Made by a program: the position numbers and the translations under genes
DNA from: Seison nebaliae
Lineage: Eukaryota
DNA: 38,190 bases
Assembly: GCA_023231475.1 (NCBI GenBank)
Contig: JALJEE010002836.1
Span: 1-38,190, forward strand
Reading direction: 5' to 3'
Shown: positions 35,755-38,190 of the stretch, one piece after another
Layout: each line of letters begins with the position of its first letter
Position numbering within the stretch: the stretch's first letter is position 1
The notes under the pieces: generated by a model
Database searches by the model: none
What the model was told of the DNA's origin: nothing
What the model saw: the letters and a program-made list of their open reading frames with translations, nothing else

Positions 35755-36067
35755 ATTTGGTAAAGGAACCATTTGGTATACGGGACTATTTGCTAGACCG
35801 ACCGTTTGGTAGACGGACATCAATGATATATTAGTGTAGGTCCTACACTGTAGGATATTTAGAATGAAAGATCAAAAAATTCTTATCTTTTTAAATAATC
35901 CATAAATTTGGGGTAGTTTCAATGTCAAAAAAAGAAAATATCAAAAACATATACAGAACTGTATTTTGTATACGCAGTCTACAAATAGTCGGCCTACCAA
36001 ATAGTCGATCTACCAAACAGTCAGTCTACCAAATAATTTCGCCTACCAAATGGTTCCTCTACCAAAT
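35755..36067. mobile_element. Foldback-type MITE with arms built of ~16-nt CTACCAAA repeats
   Basis: The left arm ATTTGGTAAAGGAACCATTTGGTA...GTTTGGTAGAC (35755-35818) is the near reverse complement of the right arm ...TCTACCAAAC...TACCAAATGGTTCCTCTACCAAAT (to 36067). No TSD identified. Confidence 0.75.
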
Positions 36068-36490
36068 TTACCAAAATGTAAGTAATTTCGTAGTTTCTTA
36101 ATTTCTCCAATCTAGGTAGGTCGGAACTCTATTCCACACACAATATCTTAAAGCAAACACAAGACTGCATAACTCCAAAACGACGAAAAGATCATGATAA
36201 CGAACAAAGATAATTTGAATAAACTTCTTCATTCCAATACTAATATTCACATTCAAACGTAGATTAGAAAAATTGCTCATGTTATTCGATGAACATCAAT
36301 GCTCTTAGCAACACTCTAAAGTTTAGAGAGAAGATTCATTCTTTTAATTTAGATAATTATTAATTTTTTGAGACATTGTTTAGAGTCTAAACATGCGATC
36401 AATATTACAAATAAACCTTCATATATTAAATAAAGGAATGAATAATAACATGTATTTAATTTTGGTAACATTTTATTTCATTAGGTTTAT

Positions 36491-36909
36491 TTATTTAGAT
36501 TTTCTTCGAAGAGAATATTTACGATCCATTAATTCCTTTTGACGTCTAAATCGCATTTTAGTTTGTTCGCGAATAATATTGATTTCACGCTTCTTATTCC
36601 ATTCATCAATTTCTTCTTTTTCTTTGATGATTTCCCTCAAGAAATGTTCTTTTCGTTCGTGGTGGGCGGTTTCACTTTCTATCGATATCAACATTAATCC
36701 AATAATAATAGAGAAAGACTTGTTTTCTTCGACAAAGAACTGGCAGTTTTGGAAGATGACGATTTACTTATCGGTAATTTCATGACATGTTCATATATAG
36801 GCAAAAGATAATTACTTTCCCAATAAGTTTTCGCTTCGTCAATTTCTTTTTTTGAAGATCCATCAAAAATCATAAAATTTTTCGATATGGTTAAATCCAC
36901 AATGTCCAT
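36491..36909 (-). CDS. Small uncharacterised protein (~118 aa; exons 36909-36741 and 36678-36491)
   Basis: Two abutting ORFs are joined in frame by a 62-nt GTT..AG intron. The C-terminus is charged and helical. Confidence 0.6.
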
Positions 36910-36941
36910 TCTTTTCCAAATTTACTCAATCGTCTTCTCTG

Positions 36942-36955
36942 GTCGTCTTGGATAC
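36942..36955 (-). promoter_or_regulatory. RFX X-box-like element upstream of the small orphan gene
   Basis: GTATCCAAGACGAC (plus strand GTCGTCTTGGATAC), about 33 nt upstream of ATG 36909. Confidence 0.45.
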
Positions 36956-37246
36956 CACTATTAGTTTTAAAGTTTTAAAAAATGTGATTTGTTTAAGAAT
37001 AAATGAAAAAATAGCTTAAAATTAAACTAACAAAAGTAAGAAAATTGTAAATTGTAAGCCAAAATTTATTATATCCCAAATCTTCATGCATTCGTATGAA
37101 TTTCGTCACAATTGTTCCTGGTAGCAATTACAAGGCAAAGGGTAGCCAAAGCCGATAGTGATTTGCACGAGAACGGTACCGTCCTGAAGAAAACTTCCTA
37201 TGGTTATATATTATATATATATATCTATATCTAATAGGGTATAGAT

Positions 37247-37575
37247 CAGGGGTGTAAATTCTTGAGGAAAATGAGTTTTTCCTCCTCAAAGATTTACACC
37301 TCGGTATACGTTAAAATAATGCATATAGATATATACCTACATTTCAATACATGGCAATATATTTTATTGCATAGCTATTTATGTCGTATACATGTAGGCT
37401 GTGTATACTATACATAAATAATAATTCTGTATAATGAGGAAAAAATCTTTCCTCCTCAAGAATTTACACCCCCGCTCTAGAGAAACCTTTAGGTGATCAC
37501 GGAAGGATTTCTTTGGATTTTTTTACTCTCCAACTCCAATAGAACGAAATCCAAATGGCCATCCCTGCTCTAGAG
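37247..37575. mobile_element. Cluster of non-autonomous hAT-type ends / MITEs
   Basis: Left TIR CAGGGGTGTAAATTCTTGAGGA at 37247, with matching right ends at about 37303 and 37474. A further hAT-like end TGGCCATCCCTG finishes at 37567. CTCTAGAG follows both 37474 and 37567. Confidence 0.65.
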
Positions 37576-37787
37576 CATAGATAAATTAAGAACAAATAAA
37601 GATAATTTACTTATGTAGTTACATACATCAATTTACATCTACATACATATTGTATGTAGTTCCCAATAATAAGTTGCCTCTCAATTGCGATGAACATAAG
37701 TCCAATAGTGGTGTCCAAATGATAACAAAAAGTCGTTGTCGGTCTTTTGCTCACGTCATATAAAATTTTCCAAAATTAGCAGCTAAA

Positions 37788-38095
37788 TGGTCGTTTCCTC
37801 ACCCTCTTCAACGGTGATTTCCTCACCCACTTGTAAAAGTGGAAACTCAATATGGAAATTTCCTCATCCTATTGAAAAAAATGGGTGACAAAATTGTCTT
37901 AAAAAGACTAGTATGATTGGGGGACAGATCGTAACCCTATATAAAAATTTTGCAGCGGACAGTTCTCAACCTAGTTTTTTATACTTCCGGACAGTTTTCA
38001 ACCTTTTATTAATTTTCCGGACAGTTCTCAACCTTCTATTAAGCTTGCGAACAGTTCTCAACTTTTTGAGAAAAAAAGGACAGTTCTCAACTTCC
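37788..38095. repeat. Transposon-end repeat arrays: TTTCCTCA(C/T)CC x3, then GGACAGTTCTCAAC x5 (~30-33-nt period)
   Basis: Directly visible motif repetition near the right edge of the window. Confidence 0.7.
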
Positions 38096-38190
38096 AAACA
38101 TAATGAAAATTGAACTGGAAAAATAATAACCGTGCATAAAAATCCTCCAGAGGACCGTTATTAACTCATAATTAGTTCTCAAACTTTCGA

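Overview
AT-rich, gene-dense eukaryotic (animal) genomic DNA with very short introns of about 42-65 nt. The species cannot be fixed from the sequence. Protein genes, in order: kinesin-6 (KIF20-like, runs off the left edge), SWEET1, ATMIN/ASCIZ-like zinc finger, an orphan ORF, two tandem signal-peptide protein-kinase-like paralogues, a Tctex1-domain dynein light chain, a latrophilin-like adhesion GPCR, STPG1, IQUB, a C-type-lectin/EGF/TM receptor, a divergent HORMA protein and a small X-box-bearing orphan. Decayed transposons lie between them: CR1/L2-group LINEs, Tc1, hAT and MITEs. Two linked signals stand out. (1) All 25 introns in my seven best-supported gene models begin GTT rather than GTA/GTG. 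(2) A highly structured ~365-nt island at 9631-9997 carries U1 snRNA landmarks: a U1A-type loop AUUGAAC, an Sm-like AUUUGUA and a terminal stem-loop. Its putative 5' recognition sequence is ACUAAC rather than ACUUAC, which is complementary to GUUAGU. Together these suggest a possibly rewired U1/5' splice-site system. All gene models and RNA folds were made by eye, and no searches were run.
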